Of a stretch of 64,000 bases of DNA, positions 1 to 10,530 are shown one piece after another (positions within the stretch are counted from its first letter, which is position 1; each line of letters begins with the position of its first letter). Made by a program: the position numbers and the translations under genes. The notes below the pieces were generated by a model. That model saw only the letters and a list, made by a program, of their open reading frames with translations, had not been told where the DNA came from and searched no databases. Location of the stretch: contig CALODR010000009.1 of NCBI GenBank assembly GCA_942492175.1, forward strand, positions 353,850 through 417,849. Direction: 5' to 3'. The DNA comes from an uncultured bacterium (GTDB taxonomy: Bacteria; Acidobacteriota; Aminicenantia; UBA2199).

Positions 1-1787
1 AGATCAAAGGACTCCGAAAAAATATGATACAGGGACTTACTGCATCATTGAATGAAAACAAAGTTCTCCGGGAACTGATTGTAAAACTATCTCCGTTCGG
101 TATCGGTGATGAAACGGCTTTCAAGATCCATAAAGAGTTCGGTAATGAAACTTTTGGAGTTTTGTCTGCGAATCCGTATATGATGATCGGGAGAATAAGC
201 GGGATCGGTTTTAAGCGTGCTGATATGGTCGCCCGGGGATTCGATATTGCTCCTGATGACCCTTTCAGAATTATGGCAGGTCTTAAGTTCATCCTGTCCG
301 GAAATGAAGACAGAAATGGAGATCTTTATATGTTAAGGGAGGAGTTGTCTATATCTGGCGAGAGGCTTCTCGGTGTAGACATGCTGAAAGTTGAGGAAGG
401 GGTAAATGACCTGCTCCAGAGAAATGAAGCTGCGTCAGAAAAGATCCCTGAAGAAATAATTCTTCTATTCAATAATTTTCTCATAGAGAAAGCCATTGCG
501 AGATATCTCTTTAAACTTAATTGTGAGGATTCTGATAAAATTGACGATGTGATTGATACAGGGCCTGTGACCAGCCGCCTTGAAGTTGATCTTACCCCGG
601 AACAAAAGAATGCCGTGGAGAGTGCTGTCAATAATAAAATTACTATTATTACCGGTGGCCCGGGTACGGGTAAAACAACAATAATCAGGGCTATAATTGA
701 AGCTTTTGAGAGCGTGGGGAATCTTGTTCAGATCGCTGCACCAACCGGGAGAGCTGCAAAAAGGATCGAGGAGGCTACTTCCTGTCAAACATCAACTATT
801 CACAGAATGTTGAAGATAAGCCCTGAAACGAGGACCTTCGTTCATGATGAATCGAATCCGCTTAAAGCGGATGCAATTATTATAGATGAATTTTCAATGG
901 TGGATACAAATATATTTTTCTCTCTGCTTAAGGCAATTCCTGTATCTGCAAAACTCATTATTATAGGGGATAAGGACCAGCTCCCTTCAGTCGGTCCCGG
1001 AAATGTTCTGAGAGACCTGATAACCTCAGGATATTTTGAGACAATCTATCTGAACAGAAATTTCAGACAGAGTGAGAACAGTCTTATCATAGATAATGCC
1101 TACAGGATCAATAAAGGGGAAGAACCTTCATACAGTCCTTATAGTGATGATCTCGATTTTGTTTTTATCAATTATCAGAAGCCGTCTGATATTCCAGGTA
1201 AGGTGATGAAGATAATCGAATATTACGATCAGGAGTTTGATTTCAATTCGATGTCATATCAGATATTGTCTCCTCAATACAGAGGGGAGTCCGGGATTGA
1301 TAATCTGAATCTGATAGTTCAGGAGAAATTCAATAAAAAGGGATTTGTATATAAGAGTGAGAAACTGAAACTTAAGGAAGGCGATAAAGTGATGCAGCTG
1401 AAGAATAACTATGAAAAAGAGGTTTTCAACGGTGAGCACGGACTTGTTGAAAAGTATAACAATAAAACAGGAATTCTTGCAGTAAATTATGACGGCAGCC
1501 TCATTGAATATTCCAGAGATGAGTTTGATGAAATAACTCTCTCATATGTCATCTCTATTCACAAATCCCAGGGGTCAGAGTATGACTATCTTATTCTGGT
1601 CCTTTCTCCAGCCCATTCCATGATGCTCAACCGGGAGCTTTTATATACTGCTGTAACCAGGGCAAAGAAAAAGATATTCCTTATTTCTGACAGAGAGACA
1701 ATAGCCGCTTCCGTGCAGAGATCAACTCCCGGGGTGAGAAAGACCCTCCTTAAAAGAAGGCTTGATGAAATTTTTGTAAACACCTGA
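1..1787 (+). CDS. recD2: ATP-dependent RecD-like DNA helicase (RecD2 family), 5' partial; the frame is open to the window start
   Basis: Walker A 'GGPGTGKTT', 'IIIDEFSMVD' helicase motif II, helix-hairpin-helix region and C-terminal SH3-like region. No stop between nt 1 and the ATG at 24. Confidence 0.85.
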   Translation, partial: IKGLRKNMIQGLTASLNENKVLRELIVKLSPFGIGDETAFKIHKEFGNETFGVLSANPYMMIGRISGIGFKRADMVARGFDIAPDDPFRIMAGLKFILSGNEDRNGDLYMLREELSISGERLLGVDMLKVEEGVNDLLQRNEAASEKIPEEIILLFNNFLIEKAIARYLFKLNCEDSDKIDDVIDTGPVTSRLEVDLTPEQKNAVESAVNNKITIITGGPGTGKTTIIRAIIEAFESVGNLVQIAAPTGRAAKRIEEATSCQTSTIHRMLKISPETRTFVHDESNPLKADAIIIDEFSMVDTNIFFSLLKAIPVSAKLIIIGDKDQLPSVGPGNVLRDLITSGYFETIYLNRNFRQSENSLIIDNAYRINKGEEPSYSPYSDDLDFVFINYQKPSDIPGKVMKIIEYYDQEFDFNSMSYQILSPQYRGESGIDNLNLIVQEKFNKKGFVYKSEKLKLKEGDKVMQLKNNYEKEVFNGEHGLVEKYNNKTGILAVNYDGSLIEYSRDEFDEITLSYVISIHKSQGSEYDYLILVLSPAHSMMLNRELLYTAVTRAKKKIFLISDRETIAASVQRSTPGVRKTLLKRRLDEIFVNT

Positions 1788-1829
1788 AGCTGTTTGCCCG
1801 TCACCTCCTATTGTAATATAATGCCGTAA

Positions 1830-2600
1830 ATGGAAAAATTGAAAGCTTTAAAGAACGTCAGCATAATTCTGGTTGAACCGAAAAATCCCGGAAATATAGG
1901 CTCTGCGGTCAGGGCGATGAAAAATATGGGGTTTTATGACCTGAGGCTTGTTAATCCCGTTGAGTACAGAGATGTGGTGGAGCAGAGGAAAATGGGATAC
2001 AGATCTCAGGAGATAATAGAGAGCAGCAGAGAGTTTAAATCACTGAAAGATGCTGTAAGTGATCTTTCTCTTGTTTTTCTGACAACAACAAGAAAAGGTA
2101 AATGGAAAAAAGATTTCCTCTCACTCGAAGATTCTGCCGAACTTATTAATAAACAAGCAGGGAAAGAGAAGATCGGTGTGATATTCGGCCGAGAGGATTC
2201 CGGTGTTACCATTGATGAGAGTCAGTACGCCAACTTTTGTATTAATATTCCTGCAGCGGTCAAATATCCGTCATTAAATCTTTCTCAGGCAGTTATGGTT
2301 ACAGTTCACGGGATATATTCTGAAATGATAAAAGGAGAGATAGTCCCCCCGTTTCCGAAAACTGCCCGTAAAAAATCTTTTGACCGTCTGGCTGAAAATA
2401 TTTATGATCTTATGGAGAGTATACATTTTGTTGAAGAAGAGAAGGGACTTTTTCACCGTTCTCTTAAAAGAGCATTGAACAGAACGAGATGGACAAATGC
2501 TGATATTGCCGTTTTTGACAGAGTATGTAAACAGATGAGATGGTATATGGATAACAGCGGAGAGCTTAAAAACAGAAATGAAAGCTCCGGAAAATCCTGA
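1830..2600 (+). CDS. SpoU/TrmH-family RNA 2'-O-methyltransferase
   Basis: N-terminal 'ILVEPKNPGNIGSAVRAMKNMGF' SPOUT motif; ~256 aa, typical of TrmJ/TrmH-like enzymes. Confidence 0.7.
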   Translation: MEKLKALKNVSIILVEPKNPGNIGSAVRAMKNMGFYDLRLVNPVEYRDVVEQRKMGYRSQEIIESSREFKSLKDAVSDLSLVFLTTTRKGKWKKDFLSLEDSAELINKQAGKEKIGVIFGREDSGVTIDESQYANFCINIPAAVKYPSLNLSQAVMVTVHGIYSEMIKGEIVPPFPKTARKKSFDRLAENIYDLMESIHFVEEEKGLFHRSLKRALNRTRWTNADIAVFDRVCKQMRWYMDNSGELKNRNESSGKS

Positions 2601-3687
2601 AGCAATCAACCGGCCGGAAGATAAAGTTTCGGCGCTTTACATACATATCCCTTTTTGCAGAAGAGAGTGCTACTACTGTAATTTCACAAAATTCAAATAT
2701 GAAAAGGCGGGTGCTGAAAAGTATGTTCAGTATTTATGCCGGGAATTACAACTTAAAAAAAACATAGCTGTTCCGATAAAAACAGTATATTTCGGAGGCG
2801 GGTCCCCTGCGTTAATACCTGATAAATTTTTAGAAGAGATAGTTACCACAATTAAGAAGAATTATAATACAAAAGAAGTTTCGGAAATGACAATTGAGAT
2901 TAATCCTGAAGAGTGTAGTCAGGGAAAATTCAGTTTTTTTAAGGAGCTTGGATTTAACAGGGTAAGTGTGGGAGTTCAGTCATTCTCTGATGAGGATCTG
3001 AAATATCTTAATAGAAACCATGATGCCGGAAGAGGCAGGAAGGCATTAACTGAAGCGATAAATGCCGATTTTAAATCTGTCAATGCAGATCTTATAATCG
3101 GGCTTCCCTGTCAAACTGAAAAGTCCCTGGATGAAAGTATCAAGATCATTTCAGATTTGGGTGCAGATCATATTTCCGCTTATATACTGGAGGGGGTAAA
3201 AAGTTTCGGTAAGAGGGAAATTCCTGATCCGGATCAACAGAGCTATCTCTATGATCATTTTAGAGAAAAGGCGGGATCGTCGGGATTTAAGCAATATGAA
3301 GTGTCAAATTTCTGCAGGGATAATAAGATCTCAATTCATAATATGAATTACTGGGAGGGGGGAAGTTATATTGGTGCCGGATTATCTGCATCCGGATTTG
3401 AACTTGGAGAGGATTATACGAATTTTTCAGATTTGGATCCCTATTTCAGATCATTGGAAGAGGGTAAAATTCCGGTTGAGATCAGAACAAAACATGAAAT
3501 ATTAACAAGGTCACTGGTGGTTGGGTTGAGACTTGTGAGAGGTATCAGTAAAGACAGGTTTTCCCCTTTCAAATCCCGTATCCTTGAACTTATTGAGGAG
3601 GGGTTTCTTGAAGAGACAGACAAATTTTACAAAGTTGTCCCCTCAAGACTGGTGGTGCTAAATGAGATACTTTCCTATCTTATCTGA
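2578..3687 (+). CDS. hemW: Radical SAM HemW/HemN-like protein (oxygen-independent coproporphyrinogen oxidase-like / heme chaperone)
   Basis: 'YIHIPFCRRECYYCNF' CxxxCxxC radical SAM cluster motif; length and C-terminal HemN_C-like region. Confidence 0.75.
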   Translation: MKAPENPEAINRPEDKVSALYIHIPFCRRECYYCNFTKFKYEKAGAEKYVQYLCRELQLKKNIAVPIKTVYFGGGSPALIPDKFLEEIVTTIKKNYNTKEVSEMTIEINPEECSQGKFSFFKELGFNRVSVGVQSFSDEDLKYLNRNHDAGRGRKALTEAINADFKSVNADLIIGLPCQTEKSLDESIKIISDLGADHISAYILEGVKSFGKREIPDPDQQSYLYDHFREKAGSSGFKQYEVSNFCRDNKISIHNMNYWEGGSYIGAGLSASGFELGEDYTNFSDLDPYFRSLEEGKIPVEIRTKHEILTRSLVVGLRLVRGISKDRFSPFKSRILELIEEGFLEETDKFYKVVPSRLVVLNEILSYLI

Positions 3688-3688
3688 A

Positions 3689-4186
3689 CTATCTAATAGT
3701 TTGTTCTCTTCTCTCTTCCCTGATCTGAGGTTTTTCCCACAGACCTTTTCCGAAATTATCTCTTAATATAACAACTCTTCCCTTAACTTCAATCTGCATT
3801 GTTTTTATTTCCTGGGAATTTTCAGGTTTGAACACTTTTAACTTAATAATATCTTCATTCTGAAGGATAACTCCTTTAAGCCTGAGAAAATGACCCGGTG
3901 CGACCTGAATTGAGTGTTCCTGTCCGGTTTTATCATCTTTTATCTTAACTTTTACGAATGGAGCCGGGGCCGAACCGCCCACAACGGGTCCTGTAGGGAT
4001 GCCTGTCATTATCGCATTTATTTTCCCTGATATCTCCATTATCTTTGATGCCGGTACCGGTGTAGGCAGATTTTTTTCATTGGAAATAAGATTACCTGCA
4101 AAAATTAGCATAAAAATAGAAATAAGTATTATTGTTTTTTTCATTTTTTTCTCCTTGTCTTTATATAAAATAAAAGGGTTGTGCAT
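3689..4186 (-). CDS. hypothetical small secreted protein; the likely real start is the internal MKKTIILISIF at about 4144
   Basis: Signal-peptide-like hydrophobic N-terminus; no recognisable domain. Confidence 0.4.
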   Translation of the reverse strand: MHNPFILYKDKEKKMKKTIILISIFMLIFAGNLISNEKNLPTPVPASKIMEISGKINAIMTGIPTGPVVGGSAPAPFVKVKIKDDKTGQEHSIQVAPGHFLRLKGVILQNEDIIKLKVFKPENSQEIKTMQIEVKGRVVILRDNFGKGLWEKPQIREERREQTIR

Positions 4187-4198
4187 CTCAAAAAAAAA

Positions 4199-5359
4199 TT
4201 AATTAATTGCAAATTTCAGACCGGCTAAGTAAGCGAAACCTTCTGCTCCGGAAAACACAGATTCTCTTAATCTGTCATTCTCTATTAGAATACCCGCAAA
4301 AAGGTTGAATTCTTTTGTGAAATTGTAAATAATTTTTAAGATACCTCTTTTTACCGGAGGATCGTGATAAGGGTCTCCTATCTCTTCCGGATGAAATTCT
4401 CCATAATTGAGATCGAGAATAAATTTTTTGTTATGATAACGGAGCCCCAAATATCCGCCTATTCCGGTGATAGGTGTTTCCGATTTAAAGAATTGGTCCC
4501 TGTAATATAAACTTTTTCCCCAGAAGATATCATTGCTGTTGAATTCTTTCCTGAATCCGTACTCGTCATAGATCCCTTCAGCATATATAAAGAAGTTCCC
4601 GGATCTTACGGATAGGTCAAAACCGATATGGTTCTTGTACTGTTTTTGCCATTCGGATCCGATACCGTCCTGAATCTTTGCAGAGATACCGAATGTAATG
4701 TTCTTCAGCTCTATCCCTCCTCTCGCAACAGCTGCTTTGCTGGAATTTGTATCTTTATCGGGTCCTCCGTTCACTATAGAGAGATCCAGACGCAATATGC
4801 CCGAACTATATCCTATAAAAATTCCGGTCTCCCACCAGAGTATTGATTCCGTTCTTATAAACGGCTGAAATATTTCGCTATTTGTAAAATGAAGAAAGTT
4901 ATCTCTTCCGAAAACCGATTTTCTTTTGCCAAGTGAAATTTCGATATTTCTGGTTTTAAATCCCACAAAGATCCGGGCAATCTGAAAACGGTCAACTTTA
5001 AAATTTTGAAGATATTGTTCTCTGTATTCATCAACAAGGATGTTATTGTCAAATGACTGATTTATCCTGAATTCTCCACCGGCAAATATTTCAGATCTTC
5101 CGACCTTACGGCTTACATTTCCATGGAGGACTGCTTCCGCCGCAAATGTAGCCTCCACACCGCTCCACTGGATCCTCTGATCATTTGAAAAATATGATCT
5201 TGCATCAATTTCCAGATCATATTTCAATTTGGATCCCTCTTTCCCGGCAGGGAAGTTAAGTGAAAAAATCAGTAAAGATATTATAACGAATGTTATTGTT
5301 TTTTTTACGCTCATACCCAATTTTACTATAAACTTGAAAATTAATAAAAGTTTTGACAT
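4199..5359 (-). CDS. hypothetical outer-membrane (porin-like) protein
   Basis: Signal peptide; alternating amphipathic beta-strand-like composition rich in G/Y/F/N. No family recognised. Confidence 0.4.
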   Translation of the reverse strand: MSKLLLIFKFIVKLGMSVKKTITFVIISLLIFSLNFPAGKEGSKLKYDLEIDARSYFSNDQRIQWSGVEATFAAEAVLHGNVSRKVGRSEIFAGGEFRINQSFDNNILVDEYREQYLQNFKVDRFQIARIFVGFKTRNIEISLGKRKSVFGRDNFLHFTNSEIFQPFIRTESILWWETGIFIGYSSGILRLDLSIVNGGPDKDTNSSKAAVARGGIELKNITFGISAKIQDGIGSEWQKQYKNHIGFDLSVRSGNFFIYAEGIYDEYGFRKEFNSNDIFWGKSLYYRDQFFKSETPITGIGGYLGLRYHNKKFILDLNYGEFHPEEIGDPYHDPPVKRGILKIIYNFTKEFNLFAGILIENDRLRESVFSGAEGFAYLAGLKFAIN

Positions 5360-5402
5360 TTTTGTGGCATAGTGTTACGATTTTAAAAAACGTAACACGG
5401 AG

Positions 5403-6164
5403 GTGGTTGTGGCAAATTTGAAGGCAGTTCTTATATATTTTCTGTTATCCGGTTCTTTTTTTCTTTATTCACATCACGCGATGGAATATATTGAGATGGA
5501 AAGCTATTCAACAGCGAGGAGAGGCGAAATGATCTTTCATTTACATTTTGATTATATGGTAGATGATTTTTCAGATTCTTCACTTGATCATTGGGAATAT
5601 ACACCTGGATTGTCAATAGGAATTACTGACAGGCTTATGATAGATGTTCATACTCACTATGCAGGATTCGGTGCGGGTCATATCAACAATATTCAAACTG
5701 ATAATGATAACCTTTCAGGCCTTTCACCTTTTATTGAAGCTGCTGCATTTTCGATTCAATACAGGATAACGGAAGGTAGATCTGTAAATTTTGCAATGGC
5801 CGCTGCATATGAGGTCCCTTTTCAAAGGAGTAAAGAGGTGCTGGGCGGGAAAGAGGTATTTGAGGGGATGCTGATTGGAGCCTATGAGTTCGGTAATCAT
5901 TCAAATATGACTATTAATATAACAGCGGGATATGAAGGCTCAGAGTTTTATACGGAGTGGGCCTTTGGTGTAAAAACCGCCCTGACTACCGACCCGCATG
6001 GAATAGCAGGCGGTTTGGAGTTCTTTGGAGGTTTCTCGGGAGGTGTTTCAGTTCTGGCAGGTGTTTATTTCCCTCTCGGATCTGAAAATATTATTTTTAA
6101 AACAGGGTTGGAGTTCAGTTCCGGCAGCAGCAGAGCAAATACAACAATGATGTACAGGTTTTAA
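5403..6164 (+). CDS. hypothetical outer-membrane beta-barrel protein
   Basis: Hydrophobic N-terminus, Gly/aromatic-rich strands, C-terminal '...MMYRF' terminal Phe typical of OMPs. Confidence 0.4.
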   Translation: MVVANLKAVLIYFLLSGSFFLYSHHAMEYIEMESYSTARRGEMIFHLHFDYMVDDFSDSSLDHWEYTPGLSIGITDRLMIDVHTHYAGFGAGHINNIQTDNDNLSGLSPFIEAAAFSIQYRITEGRSVNFAMAAAYEVPFQRSKEVLGGKEVFEGMLIGAYEFGNHSNMTINITAGYEGSEFYTEWAFGVKTALTTDPHGIAGGLEFFGGFSGGVSVLAGVYFPLGSENIIFKTGLEFSSGSSRANTTMMYRF

Positions 6165-6180
6165 GAAAGGGGAGATCAGA

Positions 6181-6834
6181 ATGAAAAAATCATTGCTTCT
6201 GCTGTTAATGTTGTTTTTGTTCTCGCTGCAAATCTATTCTCATTACCAGTGGATTGTATACCGGACTGAGATTACGGGGCAGGTAAGTAAAGGACATTTT
6301 ATGATAGGGTGTGGACACATGTTCCCGGAAAGTGAATTATTACTTAAAAGGGATATGATCAGTGGGGTTTTTTTGAGAAAGGGTGAAAATTCCATCCCTC
6401 TTAATATTAATGAAAATGGAAAATTCTGGGAAGGGTATGTGGAAAAAGATAATAATCTTCCTTATATCATTGAATACACTTTAACAAAAAGAATTTCAAA
6501 AAAACCGTTTTTTCTGGCCAGGGCTCTTGTTTCCCCTCCCGATTTTCAAAAAAGCACACTGAAAATTTTTACAGGGAAAGGGCTTGAAATAATTCCTGAA
6601 AATCTTCACATGACAAAAAAAACAGATCATCTTACTTTTAAAACTTATATTGACGGTAACCCTGTGCCTGCCAAACTGATCGTTTTTCCGGAGGGGAAAA
6701 AGCCTTTATATCTGTATCCGGACAGAAACTGTCAAAGCCGGGTTAAATTAAATTACAGCGGAATATATCTTGTCAGCACTTTCTACAAAGGTAAAGGTGG
6801 ATCGATCACTTTTTATGTGAGAGAGATAAAATAA
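6181..6834 (+). CDS. hypothetical secreted protein (possibly DUF4198-like)
   Basis: Signal peptide 'MKKSLLLLLMLFLFSLQIYS'; no confident domain. Confidence 0.35.
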   Translation: MKKSLLLLLMLFLFSLQIYSHYQWIVYRTEITGQVSKGHFMIGCGHMFPESELLLKRDMISGVFLRKGENSIPLNINENGKFWEGYVEKDNNLPYIIEYTLTKRISKKPFFLARALVSPPDFQKSTLKIFTGKGLEIIPENLHMTKKTDHLTFKTYIDGNPVPAKLIVFPEGKKPLYLYPDRNCQSRVKLNYSGIYLVSTFYKGKGGSITFYVREIK

Positions 6835-6864
6835 ATCTCTTAATGTCATCCGAGGTTCTCAATA

Positions 6865-9168
6865 CTATTTTATAAGTTTAGGAAGGTTTATGTTCATTTT
6901 TTTAGGCATTCTGCTAAGATTGAAATCCACTCTTGTTTTGTTTGTCCCGGTTTTATAGTCCGAAAGTATAATTATTGTAAACGCATTGACCATAGTGGAT
7001 GTATTCATAGTGAAATTTACCAGGCCCCAAATGTTTTTGTTCTTCAGTGATCCGCTTTCTCTTCCCGCTTTGATCTCTGTATCATATTTGAACCCCATGC
7101 CCTTAAGTTCAGATATCAAATATTTGAATACTTCCAATTTCGGACTGTCATATTCCAGTAATGCATTACAGAGATTTGATTGTGGTGTACAATCATCACA
7201 TTTTATTACCCTTGGGTTTTTACCTTTTGGGATAATTGTTTTAAATGTTCCATTGAGCTCTCCTGATATGGCAGATGTGGTTTTGATAACATGAGGAGTT
7301 TCTGACAATAATCCTTTTCCACCGAGCAATTTAAAGAGGCTAAAATATTTTTTCTTTTTTGCTATATCTATGGCTGTATCTCCATTATTGTTCTTGGCGT
7401 TTTGTAAAGCCCCCATTTTTATCAATTTTTCCGCGAGTTGAGGCTGATCATATTCAATTGCTATCATAAGTGGTGTCCAGCCGAATTTATTGCCTAAATT
7501 TATATTAACGCCGGATTTTAATAAAATAGCTGCTATCTCAGGATGGTTATATCTGAGAGCAAGAAGCAGTGGAGTCCAGCCTTCAGCAGTCACATCGTCC
7601 AGGTTAAGTTTTTTCCTTTTTATTATTGATATTGCGGCTGCCGGCATATTGTATCTAACGGCCAGGTGGAGGGTTGACCATCCGTCCTTTGTGAATCCAT
7701 TAACGGTTGCACCTTTTTCTAACAGGAGTAATGCTGCATCAGGCTGATCATATCTTAAAGCTACCATAAGAGGGGTCCATCCATATCTTGTTACTTTGTC
7801 AAGCCCTTTGCCTTTCCTGATTATGATATCAGCAATTTCGGGGAACTTATATTCAAGTGCAAAATGGAGCGGAGTGTTCCCGTCTCTTTCAGTAGCGAGT
7901 GTATCAGCTCCGCTCTCAATGAGTTTCTTAGCACACTTTCCGGCACCGTTTCTCAATGCAAAAAGGAGCGGCGTCCATCCGTTTTTGTTGGAGGCGTTAA
8001 TGTCTTTATCTTTTTCTATCATCTTTTCGGCGAGTTTGTTTTTCCCATAACGGAGAGCATACATTAGGGGGGTCCAGTTCTCATTATCTTTGACATTTAT
8101 CTCAGCGCCCTTTCTATACAATGAATCAGCTAACTCCTCATTCCGGTAGCAGAGGGCCATCATCAGTGGTGTCCATTTATTATCTTTAGGTTTATTTATT
8201 TTACACCCTTTCTCAAGGAGCATATCCAATAATTCCATATCACAACCGTTCCGGAGGGCCATGAAGAGATTGTTCCATCCGCCGGAAATTTCTCCTGTAA
8301 CATCAATACCTTTATTTATTAAAAGTTTTGCCGGTTCTATCATATTATATCTTGTGGCAAACATCAGATGGTCCCATCCGCTTTTAGTTTTAATGGAGAT
8401 ATCGGGATCCATACTTATAAGAAATTTTGCAATCTCTTCATTTTTAAATTCCAGAGATGTCATCAATAATGTTTGACCGTTTTCCCATATTTTATTCAGG
8501 ATATCTCCTTTTTTTAGAAATTTTTCCAGAGATACCTTGTCTCCGTTTTCTACTGCTTTGAGTGCATTGTATTCGTTGCTGTATTGCCCCTTCGCAGAGG
8601 GTTGATATATGGGGATAAGAATTTTCCCTCTTGTTTTTTCGAGATAATCTCTCGGGCTGTTGCTGTTTATAAGACCTTTTAATACAGTATTGGAAGTGAA
8701 ATTAAGTTTTTTAAAATTTGTATCAATATGTATTTTATATGAATAATTTTCAAGACTTTCTTTAATAATAGTGATCTTGATATTGCCAAGATAGTTCAGG
8801 TCGGATTTGTTAACGTAGAATTTCTTGTCTATCTTATAATACTTTTTCCCGAAGAAGATATCTTCTATCTTGAACAGTCCGTCAACATTTTGTATCAGGA
8901 AATATTTCCCATTTCCGGCAGTGATCGTATCTGACTTCTTTTCCCCGTCTTTTCGTATTCTGATACTAATTTCCTCCCCCGGTCCGACAAGCTTTTTCTT
9001 CTTGAGAAAGGAGATACTTCCAAATGAGATAGAATTAAAATTTGAATTTTTAAATTTCCCGTTCTGTAATTCACTGACAAACGGGCCTTCATATTTTTTT
9101 ACTTCCGAGAATAGACCAATTGATAAAAATAGAGCAAAACATACAGAAATTGTTATTATTTTCTTCAA
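6865..9168 (-). CDS. secreted ankyrin-repeat protein (>=12 ANK repeats) with ~290-aa N-terminal domain of unknown function
   Basis: Repeated 33-aa units 'GWTPLMxALRYxxxxxAxxLLxKGAxxN'; N-terminal signal peptide 'MKKIITISVCFALFLSIGLFS'. Confidence 0.85.
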   Translation of the reverse strand: MKKIITISVCFALFLSIGLFSEVKKYEGPFVSELQNGKFKNSNFNSISFGSISFLKKKKLVGPGEEISIRIRKDGEKKSDTITAGNGKYFLIQNVDGLFKIEDIFFGKKYYKIDKKFYVNKSDLNYLGNIKITIIKESLENYSYKIHIDTNFKKLNFTSNTVLKGLINSNSPRDYLEKTRGKILIPIYQPSAKGQYSNEYNALKAVENGDKVSLEKFLKKGDILNKIWENGQTLLMTSLEFKNEEIAKFLISMDPDISIKTKSGWDHLMFATRYNMIEPAKLLINKGIDVTGEISGGWNNLFMALRNGCDMELLDMLLEKGCKINKPKDNKWTPLMMALCYRNEELADSLYRKGAEINVKDNENWTPLMYALRYGKNKLAEKMIEKDKDINASNKNGWTPLLFALRNGAGKCAKKLIESGADTLATERDGNTPLHFALEYKFPEIADIIIRKGKGLDKVTRYGWTPLMVALRYDQPDAALLLLEKGATVNGFTKDGWSTLHLAVRYNMPAAAISIIKRKKLNLDDVTAEGWTPLLLALRYNHPEIAAILLKSGVNINLGNKFGWTPLMIAIEYDQPQLAEKLIKMGALQNAKNNNGDTAIDIAKKKKYFSLFKLLGGKGLLSETPHVIKTTSAISGELNGTFKTIIPKGKNPRVIKCDDCTPQSNLCNALLEYDSPKLEVFKYLISELKGMGFKYDTEIKAGRESGSLKNKNIWGLVNFTMNTSTMVNAFTIIILSDYKTGTNKTRVDFNLSRMPKKMNINLPKLIK

Positions 9169-9354
9169 AATACCCCCCCTCCGCGGTTTTAAAAATCCGG
9201 GATAGAATTATTTACATTAAACCAAATCATACTGAATTTCAATATAAAGTTAAGGTTAAAATTTATTATCCCGAAAGATATGTTTTGTTAAGCCAAATTC
9301 AATACTATATTTAACTGCAATAATAATTTTGACTTTCAGAATCTGTTTATATCT

Positions 9355-10530
9355 TTATTTCAGCAAAATCCCTTTCAGACCGACAATTACGGATGGTGAG
9401 GAAGTTTTAAGAACGCGAAAAACAACTTTCCCTTTCTCTCTTCCGGGTACGGAAGTTTCAAATTCTCTCTTCTCTCCTTTTTTAACATCTCTGAACAATA
9501 ACTGGTCGACCATATTGTCATTAACCAGTACCTGAAGAATGATGTAATCCGAGTTATCTTTATATTCGACCGTACCCTTGATCAGAAGCATTTCAGATCC
9601 TGAAAAGATCCCCTCTTTTCTGATGGGAATGTTTTTCCCGCCCAGCCCGGTTACCTTGTTAAGTGTTATCTCTGCTTTTGCAATTATTATTTTGATCTCA
9701 TTAATACTGCTCTCACCGGTTACTTTGTCGAAAGAATCAAAAGATCTGACTCTCCAGTAAGTCCACCTGTTTCTCTTAAGCCCGTCCCAGATCTCTTTTC
9801 CCGGGGTGAAAGTGAGGCCCCCTCTGACATCATTCCAGACAAGAGAAGAGCTGTTGTTTAGAAGATCAAAAAGTGAGTTGGAAAAAGCGATCTGGTATCT
9901 TGCCGCACCTCCTCTTGGGACTGCCCATGAGAATTCGGGTATCTCATCCTCTTTTGCTACAAATCCATCTGGGGGTGTTAAGGTCTCCATGCTCTTCTCA
10001 AATGGGAGCACGTAGTATCTCAGTGTCGGAAACACAAGTTCGGTAGCCGGCCTGGTAAGCCGGAACGAGACAGTGTGTAAACCCGGTTCAATAGTGGGAA
10101 GCGGGCTTGCCTTGTCCAGAGTAATTTCCTTAACTTCACCCTGGCTTGATAACTCATTTATAAGGCCGAATACCGATCCGTCATATAACCAGTGCCCTGT
10201 GATAACCCCGGTCCCCTTCATTTTTAATTTTAATACCGGTTTAAGCTGATCCGAATTTCTGGGGACGACCATATAATATTTCCCGTTATCGAACTTGAGC
10301 TCAGCCAGATCGAGAATAACCTTATCCGTCAGTCCGAAGACCTTAACCATGGTTTCGAATGATTTTGTACTTTCTCCGCCTTCATCAACAGCAATGATCT
10401 TAAAATCTCCTGTCTGAGTGTAAGTGTGAGATATGGTATGACCTCCGATTACAACTGTTCCGTCACCGAAGTTCCATAAAATGGTATCTCCATTAAAATT
10501 GTAAGCAGTAACGGTAACCGGTTCTCCTAT
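9355..10530. repeat. ~1.2 kb direct repeat copy 1 (3' part of PKD paralog A), near-identical to 11151-12326
   Basis: Encoded proteins are 100% identical over ~250 aa and >95% over the remainder. Shadow ORFs 9806-10015 and 11605-11814 encode identical 69-aa peptides. Confidence 0.85.

Noticed and set aside
326-788. Antisense ORFs (326-631, 465-788, and similar ones at 1254-1439, 2006-2212, 2274-2609) inside recD2/trmH-like genes
   Set aside because: They are fully embedded in well-supported genes on the opposite strand, with no motifs and no RBS. They are typical shadow ORFs.
9806-10015. Identical 69-aa ORFs at 9806-10015 and 11605-11814 (and near-identical 60-aa ORFs at 9578-9760 and 11377-11559) as conserved small genes
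   Set aside because: They lie antisense inside the near-identical block of the PKD paralogs. Their identity is a by-product of the DNA repeat, not independent conservation.
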